Part shown: piece by piece, positions 42,225 to 53,196 of the stretch
Layout of the letters: every line of letters starts with the position of its first letter
Position numbering within the stretch: the first letter of the stretch is position 1
Origin: an uncultured Lentisphaeraceae bacterium
GTDB lineage: Bacteria; Verrucomicrobiota; Kiritimatiellia; RFP12; DVOR01
Direction: 5' to 3'
Assembly (NCBI GenBank): GCA_949282555.1
Contig: CASDPK010000011.1
Location: forward strand, 2,896 to 66,895
Length of the DNA stretch: 64,000 nucleotides
Notes under the pieces: generated by a model
Database searches by the model: none
Told to the model about the DNA's origin: nothing
What the model saw: only the letters and a program-made list of their open reading frames with translations
Made by a program: the position numbers and the translations under genes

Positions 42225-43244
42225 ATGACCATGGCTTATACCTTTAAGGATTTGGCGGAGGAGATCCTTGGTTCCGCGCAAGAGCCGATGACCCCGGCAG
42301 AGATTTGGCATGAGGCGGAACGCCGAGGGCTTGTCTCGAAGTTAGGTTCCCATGGGAAGACTCCGCAGGATAGCCTCGCGGCACAGTTGTATACCGATGT
42401 GAAAGCGGCGCATTCTCGTTTTGCCGTTCATGAGGGGAAGCCTAAGCGCTTTTCTTTGGCCGACGTGTCGCCGAAGGCGGACGCATCGGCGCGTCAAGCG
42501 GTCGCCGCTTCGCCACGCCGCACCTTCACCGAATGTGCCCAGTTGGTCTTGGAGACCTTCGCGAACCGCCAGCCGATGCATTATTTGGACATCACGCGCA
42601 AGGCGCTTGAGCAGGGGTGGCTGCATACGGATGGAAAGACGCCGGAGGCGTCGCTTTATGCGCAAATCCTCACGCAGATTTCCCGGGCGCAGGAAAAGGG
42701 GGCGGAACCGCTGTTCGTGAAGTATGGGCGGGGGATGGTTGGGCTCTCCGCATGGAACAAGAGTGGGATTGATGGGTTGGCGGACCGGCACAACACGGAC
42801 GTCCGAAAGAAGTTGTTGGCACGGCTTCTGAAGATGCCACCCTCGGCGTTCGAGCGGTTGATTCAGCGGTTGCTCATTGAAATGGGCTTTGTGGAGACAT
42901 CCGTCACGCCCATCAGCAAGGATGGCGGCATTGATGTGCGTGGGACGTGGGAAATCGCCGGAGGCATTCGTCAGCGCTACGCCGTTCAGGTGAAGCGTTG
43001 GAAGGGAAACATTCAGGCCCCCACCGTTCAGAATGTCCGGGGAAGCCTGAAAACCGGCGAGCTTGGGTTGATCATCACGACCTCCGACTTCACCAAAGGC
43101 GCCCGAACGGAGGCGCGTGACGAGACGAAACACAGCCCCATTTCTTTGGTCAATGGCAAGCAGTTGGTGGAGTTGTTGATTGCCAACGGCATTGGCGTTC
43201 GCGTTGAACGCATCGAAGTGCTTGAACTTGACGATTCCCTGTGA
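42225..43244 (+). CDS. Mrr-type restriction endonuclease with two HARE-HTH domains
   Basis: Two repeats ending GKTP..SL.AQ; C-terminal FE..L..MGF, DGGIDV, AVQVKRW, ITTSDFT. Confidence 0.85.
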   Translation: MTMAYTFKDLAEEILGSAQEPMTPAEIWHEAERRGLVSKLGSHGKTPQDSLAAQLYTDVKAAHSRFAVHEGKPKRFSLADVSPKADASARQAVAASPRRTFTECAQLVLETFANRQPMHYLDITRKALEQGWLHTDGKTPEASLYAQILTQISRAQEKGAEPLFVKYGRGMVGLSAWNKSGIDGLADRHNTDVRKKLLARLLKMPPSAFERLIQRLLIEMGFVETSVTPISKDGGIDVRGTWEIAGGIRQRYAVQVKRWKGNIQAPTVQNVRGSLKTGELGLIITTSDFTKGARTEARDETKHSPISLVNGKQLVELLIANGIGVRVERIEVLELDDSL

Positions 43245-43250
43245 GGTTTG

Positions 43251-43817
43251 ATGATGCGCGTGCTTCCTTTTGATGAGACAGCGCTTGCGGAGGCGGCTAC
43301 GGTGCTTCTGCGGGGTGGGGTGGTCATTCTGCCGACGGATACCGTTTATGGCGTGGCTTGCCATCCGGCCTTTCCGGAGACATTGGAACGCATCCGGGCC
43401 ATGAAGCGGCGCGACGCCGCCAAGCCCTTTCAGTTGTTGGCCGCGGATCTGGAGGCCGTTTGGGGCGATGGGGCAGAGCGAACCCCGGAAGCGGAGCGTT
43501 TGGCCTCCTATTGGCCGGGCGCATTGACGTTGGTTCTGCCAACGGCGAAGGGGCGGACAGAGGGTTACCGTGTGCCAGACCATCGTTTGCTGTGTCGTCT
43601 TTTGACGGCGTGCGGTGGGTGTTTGCGGTGTACCAGCGTCAATCTCAGCGGGGAGCCGCCGGCCAAAGACGCGCAGGAGGCCGCCGCAGCGCTCGGAGAA
43701 TCCGTGGATTTGGTGCTTGATGGCGGCGCCGCACGACTGGGCGTCGCCTCCACGGTGGCGGCCATTTCGGCCCAAGGGGTAAAGATCCTTCGCCAGGGTG
43801 CTTTGATCTTGCAGTGA
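43251..43817 (+). CDS. tsaC: threonylcarbamoyl-AMP synthase (TsaC/Sua5)
   Basis: PTDTVYG, KRR, WPGALT, TSVNLSG, ST. Confidence 0.92.
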   Translation: MMRVLPFDETALAEAATVLLRGGVVILPTDTVYGVACHPAFPETLERIRAMKRRDAAKPFQLLAADLEAVWGDGAERTPEAERLASYWPGALTLVLPTAKGRTEGYRVPDHRLLCRLLTACGGCLRCTSVNLSGEPPAKDAQEAAAALGESVDLVLDGGAARLGVASTVAAISAQGVKILRQGALILQ

Positions 43818-43935
43818 AACGGAATGAGGCGGACTGTTTTTTACGTTCGGCTTGTTGTGGAGTAGCTTTGGTTGACGTTACGTGTTGGGTCTCTGGCGGA
43901 GTCGTAGAAGCTTTTGTAACGGTTTCGGGGGAATG

Positions 43936-43968
43936 AAAAAAGAACCGCGCGGATTTGGATCCGCGCGG
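43936..43968 (-). terminator. terminator of tRNA-Asp pair
   Basis: Minus strand CCGCGCGGAT-CCAA-ATCCGCGCGG-TTCTTTTTT. Confidence 0.75.
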
Positions 43969-44007
43969 CCACAACAACACGAAAGGAGTGTGAACTCACA
44001 CTAAAAA

Positions 44008-44084
44008 TGGCGGGAAGGACGGGGCTCGAACCCGCGACCTCCGGATCGACAGTCCGGAGCTCTAACCAATTGAGCTACCTCCCC
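44008..44084 (-). tRNA. tRNA-Asp(GTC) copy 2
   Basis: Anticodon arm CCGGA-CTGTCGA-TCCGG; CCA end. Confidence 0.95.
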
Positions 44085-44111
44085 GAAAGAGGTCTTTCTT
44101 CGTCTTGAAAA

Positions 44112-44188
44112 TGGCGGGAAGGACGGGGCTCGAACCCGCGACCTCCGGATCGACAGTCCGGAGCTCTAACCAATTGAGCTACCTCCCC
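44112..44188 (-). tRNA. tRNA-Asp(GTC) copy 1
   Basis: Identical to the other copy. Confidence 0.95.
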
Positions 44189-44207
44189 GGATGAAGAAAG
44201 CACGCAA

Positions 44208-44236
44208 ATTATAGCAAAGCGGTCTTTCGGGTGCAA
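44208..44236 (-). promoter_or_regulatory. sigma70 promoter of tRNA-Asp pair
   Basis: TTGCAC-17 bp-TATAAT with TGn. Confidence 0.8.
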
Positions 44237-44364
44237 CCTCTTTTTTATGGCATGGTGTTGGGCTGGTTCTTGTGGATAAAATCAAGAAGGGACGGGGCCT
44301 TTCATTAGCGGGGCAGAAGGTGTGTATGGTGGCTCGCGATGGGACATCTCAAGTGGAAATCCTC

Positions 44365-46605
44365 TTATTTGGTTTTGATGGTATGGAGGACCGTTTCGCC
44401 GGCGCGCACGGCAATGCTGTCTTTCCAATTGAGGAAGGCGTTGTCGCCCAGTGCCTTGGCGGCAATTTCGGCGGTCTCGGCCAAAAGGGAAACGTTCGCA
44501 TCGTACTTCGTGGGGTTGGTTACGCGGAGAACGGTTTCGTGTGGGGTCTGCTTCACGATCTCGGCCGTGACATGGTCGAACACGTAGAGTTGCTGTAGGT
44601 CGGTTCGTACGTAGATACCGGGGATTTCGAGTGCCATCATGGCACCGTTGGTTTCATTCCATCCGGTTTTGCCGCCATCACCGCGGCTTCCGCGTGAATC
44701 GGTATCGCAATAGGTGAGGCGTTCGGTGATCTTTCCGTTGGGTTGGATGCCTTCGGCGTGTGCGTGGATGACGTCTCGCAACAGCTCCGCATAGAGGGCG
44801 TCACCAGTGGCGCGGTAAATCTTGAACAGAGCATCGCCCGATTGGGTGCAAAATCCCGGGGCTCCGTGTTTGTTTTGGGTGCTGGCCCAGACGGCGCCTG
44901 TTAGGTTGGCCCCGAGTTTGGCCAAAGGCGTGTTCGGCGGCAGACGGTAGTGAAAGGAGACCGTCCAGGTGGCGCATAGATGGGCGAGGTCTTTTGCTTG
45001 CTTCAGATAGAGCGACTCGCCGGTGGCTTCGTATAACGTCACGAGGGAGGTGGTCAGGGCGATGGCGGTTTCGGAGTCTGCGTTTTGCAGGATGTCCCCG
45101 CATCCTCCGGAGGTGAAGCCGACGCATGAGAAGTTTTCGTAGTAGGCCTTGGCGGCGGCTTTGGCCACTTCCAGGTAGGTGGGTTCGTTGTAGTAATGTG
45201 CGGCTAGGGTCAGTCCGGCAACGGCCATTGCACCGCCGGTGGTGTTGAAGACGGCGACGTTGCCAGTTTCCACTTGTATGTAGTTGCCCCATGTGCCCTC
45301 TCTTTCCCAGGTGGAGACAAAGGCATCCGCCAAGGCTTTTGTCGCTTGCTCCCATTCCGGACGGATGGCGTTAGCTCTTCCCTGCGCTTTTAAGAGGTTG
45401 AATTGCTTGATCATCCAGTAGAGGATATCCGCGTTTTTGCGGGTTAGGCCAATACCCTTTACGTGTGCGGAGGCATCTCGGTAGAGCACGTTTCCATCTG
45501 CGCCCAGCACGTCGTAATAGTAGCCACTTTTTCCTTTGGCACGAGGCAAGGCGAAGTTGAAGGTGTTGGCCACGCGGCGGAGATGTTCCGTGTCGCCCAA
45601 TGCCAACATTGGGTAGGTGTTCATGAGTCCGCCAATCCAGCCATACGACATCCAGTTGGCATTTTCCGGGCAGTAATATTCCCAATTCGCTCCCTTGAAG
45701 TAACGCTCGTCGATATTTTTCACCATACGGGCAAAGACTTCGCTCATGGGCATGAGATTGCGGGGAGCCGACCCGCCGATGTGCGATTTGCGTTGCCGCA
45801 TGAAGTGTGCCAACAGTTCGGGCACATTCGCACAGGGGAAGGTCAGCTTTGTCACCCTCAGGGTGATTTGATCTCCTTTGCGAACCTGAAGGCCACGATC
45901 CGGACTTTTGCTGAAACCGATGAACTCCGGTTTCTTTTCGCGAACACCGGGGGCGCTGATCACGAATGAAACGGTGGAACGATCTTTGCTTTCTTCAACG
46001 ATGAGAGCATGGTCCAACATTTGGCCGTTCCGCTCGATGCCTTGGTCAGTCAGTAGGAGAACCCCTTGCCTTTGGGCACGCTTCAGATATGCGATAGCCG
46101 GTGTCGCGGTGTTGTTCACGAGCACCTCGAGACGGGATTCCGCCCCATAATCCGGCGAGAGTTGCGGGATGGGATTCGAGGTTAGGGCGAGGTCTCGACG
46201 GAAGTAGTCCGATGGGTCCAAGCCGGTGGCATACCTACGGTTGACAATCCGTTGACGGTTGCCGTTGTACACCGCCGCGGGAATCATCACGTAGTTGTCA
46301 CTGCACCAATCATACTCGTTGAAGGCAACGGCCACGCCGGCTTGCTCCATGTCGCGCTGGGCGGTGAAGGTGAATGTATAAACTTTTCGTCCTTCGGAAC
46401 CACTTTCCGAGCGGACGACCGTCCAGTCAGCATCCGACTCGATTTCATCGCAAGTCTTCAGTTGAGCGTCTTGATAGACGCACTCCAGAAGGCGATAACA
46501 CGTTTCTTGCGAGGTCTTCGGCAACCACTTGGCAGCCATCGGAAGATTTACGGCCAAGCAGGCCAAGCCTGCCAATGCATACTTCATCTTCATTGTCATA
46601 GCCAC
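44365..46605 (-). CDS. secreted hypothetical protein, possible helical-barrel glycoside-active enzyme
   Basis: Signal peptide; repeated 'YL..A' helix patterns; lies in a glycosidase cluster. Confidence 0.7.
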   Translation of the reverse strand: MAMTMKMKYALAGLACLAVNLPMAAKWLPKTSQETCYRLLECVYQDAQLKTCDEIESDADWTVVRSESGSEGRKVYTFTFTAQRDMEQAGVAVAFNEYDWCSDNYVMIPAAVYNGNRQRIVNRRYATGLDPSDYFRRDLALTSNPIPQLSPDYGAESRLEVLVNNTATPAIAYLKRAQRQGVLLLTDQGIERNGQMLDHALIVEESKDRSTVSFVISAPGVREKKPEFIGFSKSPDRGLQVRKGDQITLRVTKLTFPCANVPELLAHFMRQRKSHIGGSAPRNLMPMSEVFARMVKNIDERYFKGANWEYYCPENANWMSYGWIGGLMNTYPMLALGDTEHLRRVANTFNFALPRAKGKSGYYYDVLGADGNVLYRDASAHVKGIGLTRKNADILYWMIKQFNLLKAQGRANAIRPEWEQATKALADAFVSTWEREGTWGNYIQVETGNVAVFNTTGGAMAVAGLTLAAHYYNEPTYLEVAKAAAKAYYENFSCVGFTSGGCGDILQNADSETAIALTTSLVTLYEATGESLYLKQAKDLAHLCATWTVSFHYRLPPNTPLAKLGANLTGAVWASTQNKHGAPGFCTQSGDALFKIYRATGDALYAELLRDVIHAHAEGIQPNGKITERLTYCDTDSRGSRGDGGKTGWNETNGAMMALEIPGIYVRTDLQQLYVFDHVTAEIVKQTPHETVLRVTNPTKYDANVSLLAETAEIAAKALGDNAFLNWKDSIAVRAGETVLHTIKTK

Positions 46606-46617
46606 TCCATTTTTTAG

Positions 46618-48873
46618 TTATTCGTTCACCAATGCACCGTGGACCTTAAAGACTGCGGCATAAGGCGTTGGTAACTGTTGCGGAACATCCAAAAGCAAAT
46701 GATCTTTGGTTTGGGTAAAATCGACGGTTCCCTTCGCTCCGAGTAATTGGATCTGCCTGATGTTTCCCGGATGCTGGGGCGAATCTAAGCCCAACGCCGG
46801 AAGCTGAATCTTTCCGGGCTGCGGATTCAATACACAGATATACAAATAATCGCCTCGCGTGATAAAGCGAACCTCATCGTGTCCATATGGTGTGCTGGAA
46901 ACGGTACGGGCATTGAAATTTTCTTCCGTTGCATTGTTCAACACATTATTCACATCTGCATTGAGGATATTCCGCTCTTTCACCCGCTTACAGGAGTTCA
47001 GATTATCCCCATATATCTGCCAAGGTTTTCCGGCATAGATGGCTTCATTGTTGATCTTCATCCAATCACCCACACCATCCAAAATGAGTTTGTGCTCTTC
47101 CGGAATCGTTCCGTCGCCTTTCAACTCGACATTCAGTAGCATGTTGCCATTCTTGCTCACAATGTCACACAATAACTCGATCACCGTGCGGGCATTGTGC
47201 ATTGAAGGATTGTCTTTCTTGTAAAACCAATGTGTAAAGGTAAAAACGCCGTCCCAAGGATAAGGTTGTCCGGCAACCAAACGGACCGAGCGGGAAAGCG
47301 AACGGCATCCGGGGGCTTTTGAATCAATCCTCAACTCGGCGATCAGCGGCCCCTTCTCTACGATGGTGATGGGCTCCACGGTGCCCACCTGAGGGAGATT
47401 TTTATTCGCGGGCATCCACGCGAAGGAATTGGCACCCCCGTCAACCTTCTCGTCAATATAGTTGCAGGCATCACCTTGTTTTTGACGTGACGTGATATTG
47501 TCGCTCTTCGGATCGAGAGTAACCTTTGGGAATTCGTTTTCCAAGGCATTTCCCTGGATTTTACAAGCTCCTTCTTTGGGCGCTTCCCCCTGTGTCAAGC
47601 GACAATGGGCCGCTCTTAGGGACGGAACTGAATCGGCGAGAAACCACAATTCACCGTTTGCCATTCGTTGCGAAAGCATGATCTTCCCAAAGCCCGACAC
47701 GACCCGATCGCCCAATCGACTTTCGACGGGAGAGAGCTTGACGATACCACCATGTGCCCACGTATGCGTGTTCAGAACGGAGATCCCTCCTTTGGAAGGT
47801 CCTTCCCTTGGCCCCAATGCACCGTTGGACTTATCGGTCGCCGGGGCCACCGCTTCGCCCATTGCCATAATGGCGCGTTCCTTTGCCGCGTGGAAATAGG
47901 CTTGCCTCTCCTTCCAAATGGCATTTTGGAAGAACGGTTCGAACGGATTCTCAAAGGTCCACGTGTGCTCAGAGGCCAAGAGGATATATCTCCAGGCCTC
48001 GTCGAATTCGTCATACGGAACTTTTTTGCCTTTGGCCAGCATGCTCCATACGGTTTCGGCCTGCGAGAGGAGCTCTTTGGTGTTACGATTCATCGCAGTC
48101 AGCGCGGCAGTTGTCCCGAGGCCATCGGTCCAATATTCTGTGAAATCGCCCGACACCGTCGGGAGCCGATCGCCATACTTCCGCTCAATCATTGACATGA
48201 TGTCATGGCCCCCGCAGATGCGAATCTTCGGATAAGCGTATGTTTTGTTCCATTCCTCCACGGCATAGGGCACGCCCGCATCCAAGGGCGTGTTGTCCCA
48301 CAGTGACCACGAGAAGACGGCAAAGTCGTAAGGATAATCTCCGTTTTTCCAGTGCCTCCAATTGTCGGGTGAAGGTTCTGTTCGCATGCCCTGTCTGAAT
48401 ATGCAGAGGAACCTTCGATGGATCGCGTTGGCCAAACCAAGGGCGCCCGGTTTCCTGACCCTTCCCCATACTTCCGCTGCTGGCATATTTCCCAGGCTGA
48501 AAGAAGAGCACCTTCGATTTGCCATCCGGCCCAAGCCACCAAAACAGTCTACCGTTCAAACCTTGGCGCACGTGCCCTCCACGGTCACTGTTTGGCCAGG
48601 AGATGATGTGCCTCACCCCTTCCTGCACCATCACCGGAATCAGTCCCCACGTCCTGCCCGGGTGGCGCGCTGGGAGACAACGGCGATGGTCACAGGCCCT
48701 TTCTGTTCACGCCCCTTCAGTTCCACAGAGACAATGCGCCCCGGTTGGCCGTCGGCACGATAACCATAGAGGGACTCCACCTTGCAGTTTACCTCCTCCG
48801 GGACAACCTTCGCCCAAGAGAGCGAAGCGACCATGAACACTCCCAACACACTCCATACGAATATCCACTTCAT
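46618..48873 (-). pseudogene. decayed GH38-like glycosidase fused in frame to C-terminal half of a GH29 alpha-fucosidase
   Basis: Three frames. GH38-like motifs FWWLGPDG.SKVL, DYPYD, GDFTEYWTDG, SEHTW; then PWD..WFY..DIVSKNGNMLLNV..INNEAIY (GH29). Confidence 0.75.
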
Positions 48874-48947
48874 CGCTCACTCCCCCATCTTGACCGCTTG
48901 CGACCCAAAGGTTCACTTAGGATCGCAAGCGGATACATAAAAATACG

Positions 48948-51509
48948 TTACTTTACGTCGCATTCGATGGTGGCAGGCTCCAGACCAGCACCACTCACAC
49001 GGATTTGCGCCTTGCCCGTGGCCCCCTTCTTACTGCCGACGATGGCCAATGCCAGGCCGTTGAACGTTGCCCGTTCGGCGCTTTGGAAGGGAGTGAAGGA
49101 GGTGGGGTCTCCATTGTCCGTGGCGACCAACCTGCCGCATCCCGTAACGTCCACTTTCAGCGGCAGGCAGGCGGTCGGCACCATTCGTCCCTCGGCATCC
49201 ACAATCGTGATGGTGACGAAGGCCAATTCGTCTTCGCCGCCAGCAATCGACGTGCGGTCCGCCGAGAGCATGATCTTTTTGGGTGCGCCGGTGGTCTGGA
49301 CCTCATCCTCCGCCCACGGTTTCCCATCCTTGTAAGCAACGACCTTCACGGTCCCCGGCTGATAGACGACCTTGTCCCATACCAAGCGGAAATCCTTGCC
49401 CTCCGTTTTGGCTTTGCGGCCATAACTCTTGCCGTTGACGAACAGCTCGGCTTCGGTTCCGGAGGTGTAGACGTGCACGGGGATGGTCTTCCCTTCGTAA
49501 CCTTCCCAGTTCCAATGCGGCAGAATGTGCGCCATCGGCAGATCGGGGCGCCAGTGCGACTGATACAGATAGTAACGGTCCTTCGGGAAGCCCGCCAAGT
49601 CGACGATGCCAAAATAACTGCTGCGCGAAGGCGGTTGCTTCCGGGCCAACTCTTCCAGCCGCTTTTCCAACTCAGCCCGTTTTGCAGGATCATTGCGGAA
49701 GTTCAACAGGTTGGTTTTGTCCGAATTGAACGGGGTGGGTTCGCCCAGATAGTCGAAGCCGGTCCACACATATTCACCTAGCAGATGAGGGAACCGATGG
49801 TTCGTCGCGAACTGGCGGTCGGGATTGCATCCCCAGCCCGGGGCATCCTTGTCGTACGAGGAGATCTGGAAGTTTTTGCGGAGCGTGTTGTCCGGGAAAT
49901 AGACGCCGCGAGAGCTCAGGCAGGAAGACGTCTCGGTGCCGATGGTCGGCATGTTTTTGTAACGCTCATCCTGATCCCACTTGGCCTGCTGGCCGAAGAA
50001 GTAATTGACGCCCATCATGTCCAAAGCCAAGCTCGCGCCGGAGGCACGGCCGCCATTCGGGTTGTTATAGCCGTTCGTGACGGGACGGGTCTTGTCGAGC
50101 GCCTTGACGATGTCCACGAGGTGTTTCGTCATCTCCACGTTCTGCTGCTCCATGACTTCATTGCCGATGGACCAGAAAACCACGGAAGGATGGTTCCAGT
50201 CACGCCGCACCAAGGCCTCCAAGTCCTTTTGATGCCACTCTGCATACAACTTGTTGTAATCCCATGCACGCTTGCCACGCGCCCAAGCGTCGAAGGCTTC
50301 GTCCATGATCAGCATGCCGGTCTTGTCGGCCAGATCCAGCAGTTCCGGCGCCGGGGGATTGTGGGAGGTGCGGATGGAATTGCACCCCATTTCCTGCATG
50401 ATGCGGAATTGGCGCTCCAGCGCGCTCAGGTTAAAGGCGGCGCCCAAGGCCCCCAAGTCGTGGTGATTGCAGACGCCTTTGATTTCCACCCGGCGGCCAT
50501 TCAACATGAAACCTTTGCGCGAAATACTGATCTCACGCACGCCGAATGGGGTGTAGTAACGGTCGGTTTCCTTCCCATTCACCTCAACCGTCACGCAAGC
50601 CATATAACGATTGGGCGACACGATGTCCCAGCGCTTGCAATCGTTCAGCGTCTTCCGCAACTGAATCTTTTCGCTTCCCTTCGATGCCAGCTTCAGCGTT
50701 TGATCGTCGAAGCGGAGCACCTGCTTGCCGAGGCGATCCTGCGGGTCCACCTCATAGACGGCGGCCTTCACCACTGCGGAGGCTTCTTGGTCCAAATGGC
50801 TCTCCACTTCCACCGCGAAGTGCAAGTCGGCACTCTTGGCGGTCAGATTGGCCGTTTCCATCTTGGTTCCCCAGTGCTTCACGTGCACTTGGCCGGTCTT
50901 CACCAGCCAAACGTGGCGGTAGATGCCGGCCCCGGGATACCAACGGGATTCCCACTTCTCGGTATCCGTCCGCACAGCCAGCACATTGGTTTCGCCGACT
51001 TTGATATACGGCGTCAAGTCCAGGCGGAAAGAATTGTAGCCATAGGGCCATGTGCCGACATACTCGCCGTTCAGCCAGACTTTGGCATAGGCCATCACGC
51101 CATCGAAGTCGATGTAGAACCGCTTCCCCTGATCGGCTTTGTCCACCGTGAAGGTCTTGCGATACCAGCCGATTCCCTGGTAAGGCAAACGCCCCGTGTT
51201 GCCCGCCAAATCCATGCGGAACGGCCCCGCAATGGCGAAATCGTGCGGGACATCCAGCGCCGTCCAGCCGGAGTCATCCACGTCCGCCTTGAAGAGGTTT
51301 TCCGGCTCCTTCACGTGTGTGCCATCGGCCTGCAAGCCGTACCGGATGAAGCGCCAGTCATCGTCGAACGAGACGACATCGGCCTGTCCGGAGCGTTTGA
51401 TGGTTTCGCTTGGTAGCGGGCTGCTCCCGCATGTGAAGGTCAGCAATACCGCTGCCATCATTGCCCCTCCGCACTTACCGAAGAGCTGGGATCGGTTTGT
51501 CCACTTCAT
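48948..51509 (-). CDS. GH2 beta-galactosidase-family protein
   Basis: RWYPGAGIYR, GVCNHHDLG, IRTSHNPP, WSIGNE, WTGFDYLGEP. Confidence 0.93.
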   Translation of the reverse strand: MKWTNRSQLFGKCGGAMMAAVLLTFTCGSSPLPSETIKRSGQADVVSFDDDWRFIRYGLQADGTHVKEPENLFKADVDDSGWTALDVPHDFAIAGPFRMDLAGNTGRLPYQGIGWYRKTFTVDKADQGKRFYIDFDGVMAYAKVWLNGEYVGTWPYGYNSFRLDLTPYIKVGETNVLAVRTDTEKWESRWYPGAGIYRHVWLVKTGQVHVKHWGTKMETANLTAKSADLHFAVEVESHLDQEASAVVKAAVYEVDPQDRLGKQVLRFDDQTLKLASKGSEKIQLRKTLNDCKRWDIVSPNRYMACVTVEVNGKETDRYYTPFGVREISISRKGFMLNGRRVEIKGVCNHHDLGALGAAFNLSALERQFRIMQEMGCNSIRTSHNPPAPELLDLADKTGMLIMDEAFDAWARGKRAWDYNKLYAEWHQKDLEALVRRDWNHPSVVFWSIGNEVMEQQNVEMTKHLVDIVKALDKTRPVTNGYNNPNGGRASGASLALDMMGVNYFFGQQAKWDQDERYKNMPTIGTETSSCLSSRGVYFPDNTLRKNFQISSYDKDAPGWGCNPDRQFATNHRFPHLLGEYVWTGFDYLGEPTPFNSDKTNLLNFRNDPAKRAELEKRLEELARKQPPSRSSYFGIVDLAGFPKDRYYLYQSHWRPDLPMAHILPHWNWEGYEGKTIPVHVYTSGTEAELFVNGKSYGRKAKTEGKDFRLVWDKVVYQPGTVKVVAYKDGKPWAEDEVQTTGAPKKIMLSADRTSIAGGEDELAFVTITIVDAEGRMVPTACLPLKVDVTGCGRLVATDNGDPTSFTPFQSAERATFNGLALAIVGSKKGATGKAQIRVSGAGLEPATIECDVK

Positions 51510-51570
51510 GAGGACGATTCCTTTCTGTTTCGTTATTACATCCATCTCTTGAAGCTTCCACGACGTGCCG

Positions 51571-53196
51571 TCACAGCAATTCATCAAGATGGATCTGTTG
51601 AAAAACCAAATGGGCTCCGCTGCCTTCGTAAACGATTCCAAGCGTGTGTTCATCGATGGAGGTGATGCACGAATAACCGGCGCCACCCCATTCATCAAGC
51701 ATGAGCCAATGCTTTTCCGGCCACGTCATCCCATCGTCAAAGCTCAGTTTTAGCGTGATTTTGTCGCGTGATTTGTGGGAGTTGGGATTGACGAACGCAA
51801 GCAACGTGGCGGTCTTCCCGTCCTTTGTCTTGTAAACGTGTCGGTGAATGGAGGCCATGCACGTGGGTTCCGTCAGGACACGATGGGATGTGGGATGCTC
51901 CCTCCACGTCTTGCCGAGATCCGAGGTCACACAGATTCTCCTACCGTTGGGAGATTCGACTCCACGATTCCTGTTGTCACGCATATTGAGCATGATGTCG
52001 CCATTTCCCAACTCCACCGCCATGCATTCCGTTGTGTTGGAGTAGGCAGGATTGCTCGCCACCCACGTTTTGCCGCCATCTTTGCTGTAAGTGATATTGG
52101 AAAAGGGAACGCCGTTTTCATCTCTTCCCTGTGTGGGGAAAACGAGCGTGCCATCTTTCAGCGTGATGCCATGACCGGGGGCGGGAGCATAGAGCCACCA
52201 CTCTTTTCGCTTTGTGGTGGGGGTGATATTTATCGGTTCACTCCATGTTTTGCCGTCGTCTGTGCTTTTCGTTATCAGAAATTGGGAGGTCTCTTTTACC
52301 CCAATCCCTGGCTGAGAACCTTTCGCGTGCCATTGGTGAATCCATCGCGTGCTGTTTTGGGTGAGGCCTTCCACCCATTTGCCGGTCTTTCCATCAAGAA
52401 TGCCGTGCATCCAAAGTCCGGCAACATAGAACGTTCCGGTCTTCTCATCGCACAAAATGCAGGCATCGCTCACGCCATTATACTTTTCGGGGAGATTTCC
52501 CCAATCCTTCATGTCCAGCACCCGTTGCATGGGCTGCCATGTTTTGCCGCCATCCTCGCTTCGGTTCAGGGCGATATCGATATCCCCTTGGAGATCACGG
52601 CCAGAGTCCCAGCGCGCATCGTATATCGCCAAAAGCGTGCCGCTTTTGGAGGTTGTAAGGCCGGGAATTCGGCTGGTATTGACACCGTCTTGCTTCCATT
52701 TGCGCAATGGGAGGCCGACTCTCAAGCCCTCGATGAACGTCTCGCCAAGGGTGACATTCCCTTGATCAAATGCGATCGTCGTGCAGTTTAGGTTCACCCG
52801 GCCTGTGAGGGGAATCTCCTTATCCACCTGTACCGTGAATGCCAGATGACAGGTATCGGCCGTTAGCGGGAAATTCATCCTGAAATGTCCGCTTTCGGAG
52901 GTCACCTCAGAAGTGGCGATGAGCTTGTCTTTCTTGGCGCGTCCACGCGAATCTGCCTCATAGATTGAGATGGATTCGATATGCTCCAAACAATCCGTGC
53001 CCTTGAATGAATATGAGACGCCTGTCACCCGGTCGCGGGTCTCCGCGTCTTTTGTGATGCACGCGACCCCCAAATGATTGAGCGCTTCCCCCGACAACAC
53101 CGGCAAAGTCGCGCGTGAAAATGTCACGTTAGGCGTGCCGGAGGCGAAACCCATCGCGGCCAAGAGCGCGCCGAAAACGACGATTGATTCCTTCAT
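51571..53196 (-). CDS. GH33 exo-sialidase
   Basis: RIP motif and five Asp-boxes (SEDGGKTW, STDDGKTW, SKDGGKTW, TSDLGKTW, SFDDGMTW); signal peptide. Confidence 0.93.
   Translation of the reverse strand: MKESIVVFGALLAAMGFASGTPNVTFSRATLPVLSGEALNHLGVACITKDAETRDRVTGVSYSFKGTDCLEHIESISIYEADSRGRAKKDKLIATSEVTSESGHFRMNFPLTADTCHLAFTVQVDKEIPLTGRVNLNCTTIAFDQGNVTLGETFIEGLRVGLPLRKWKQDGVNTSRIPGLTTSKSGTLLAIYDARWDSGRDLQGDIDIALNRSEDGGKTWQPMQRVLDMKDWGNLPEKYNGVSDACILCDEKTGTFYVAGLWMHGILDGKTGKWVEGLTQNSTRWIHQWHAKGSQPGIGVKETSQFLITKSTDDGKTWSEPINITPTTKRKEWWLYAPAPGHGITLKDGTLVFPTQGRDENGVPFSNITYSKDGGKTWVASNPAYSNTTECMAVELGNGDIMLNMRDNRNRGVESPNGRRICVTSDLGKTWREHPTSHRVLTEPTCMASIHRHVYKTKDGKTATLLAFVNPNSHKSRDKITLKLSFDDGMTWPEKHWLMLDEWGGAGYSCITSIDEHTLGIVYEGSGAHLVFQQIHLDELL

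Noticed and set aside
44008..44188. tRNA-Asp duplication as prophage/ICE att site
   Set aside because: Both copies are full length and 27 bp apart under one promoter; no partial 3' repeat or integrase in the window
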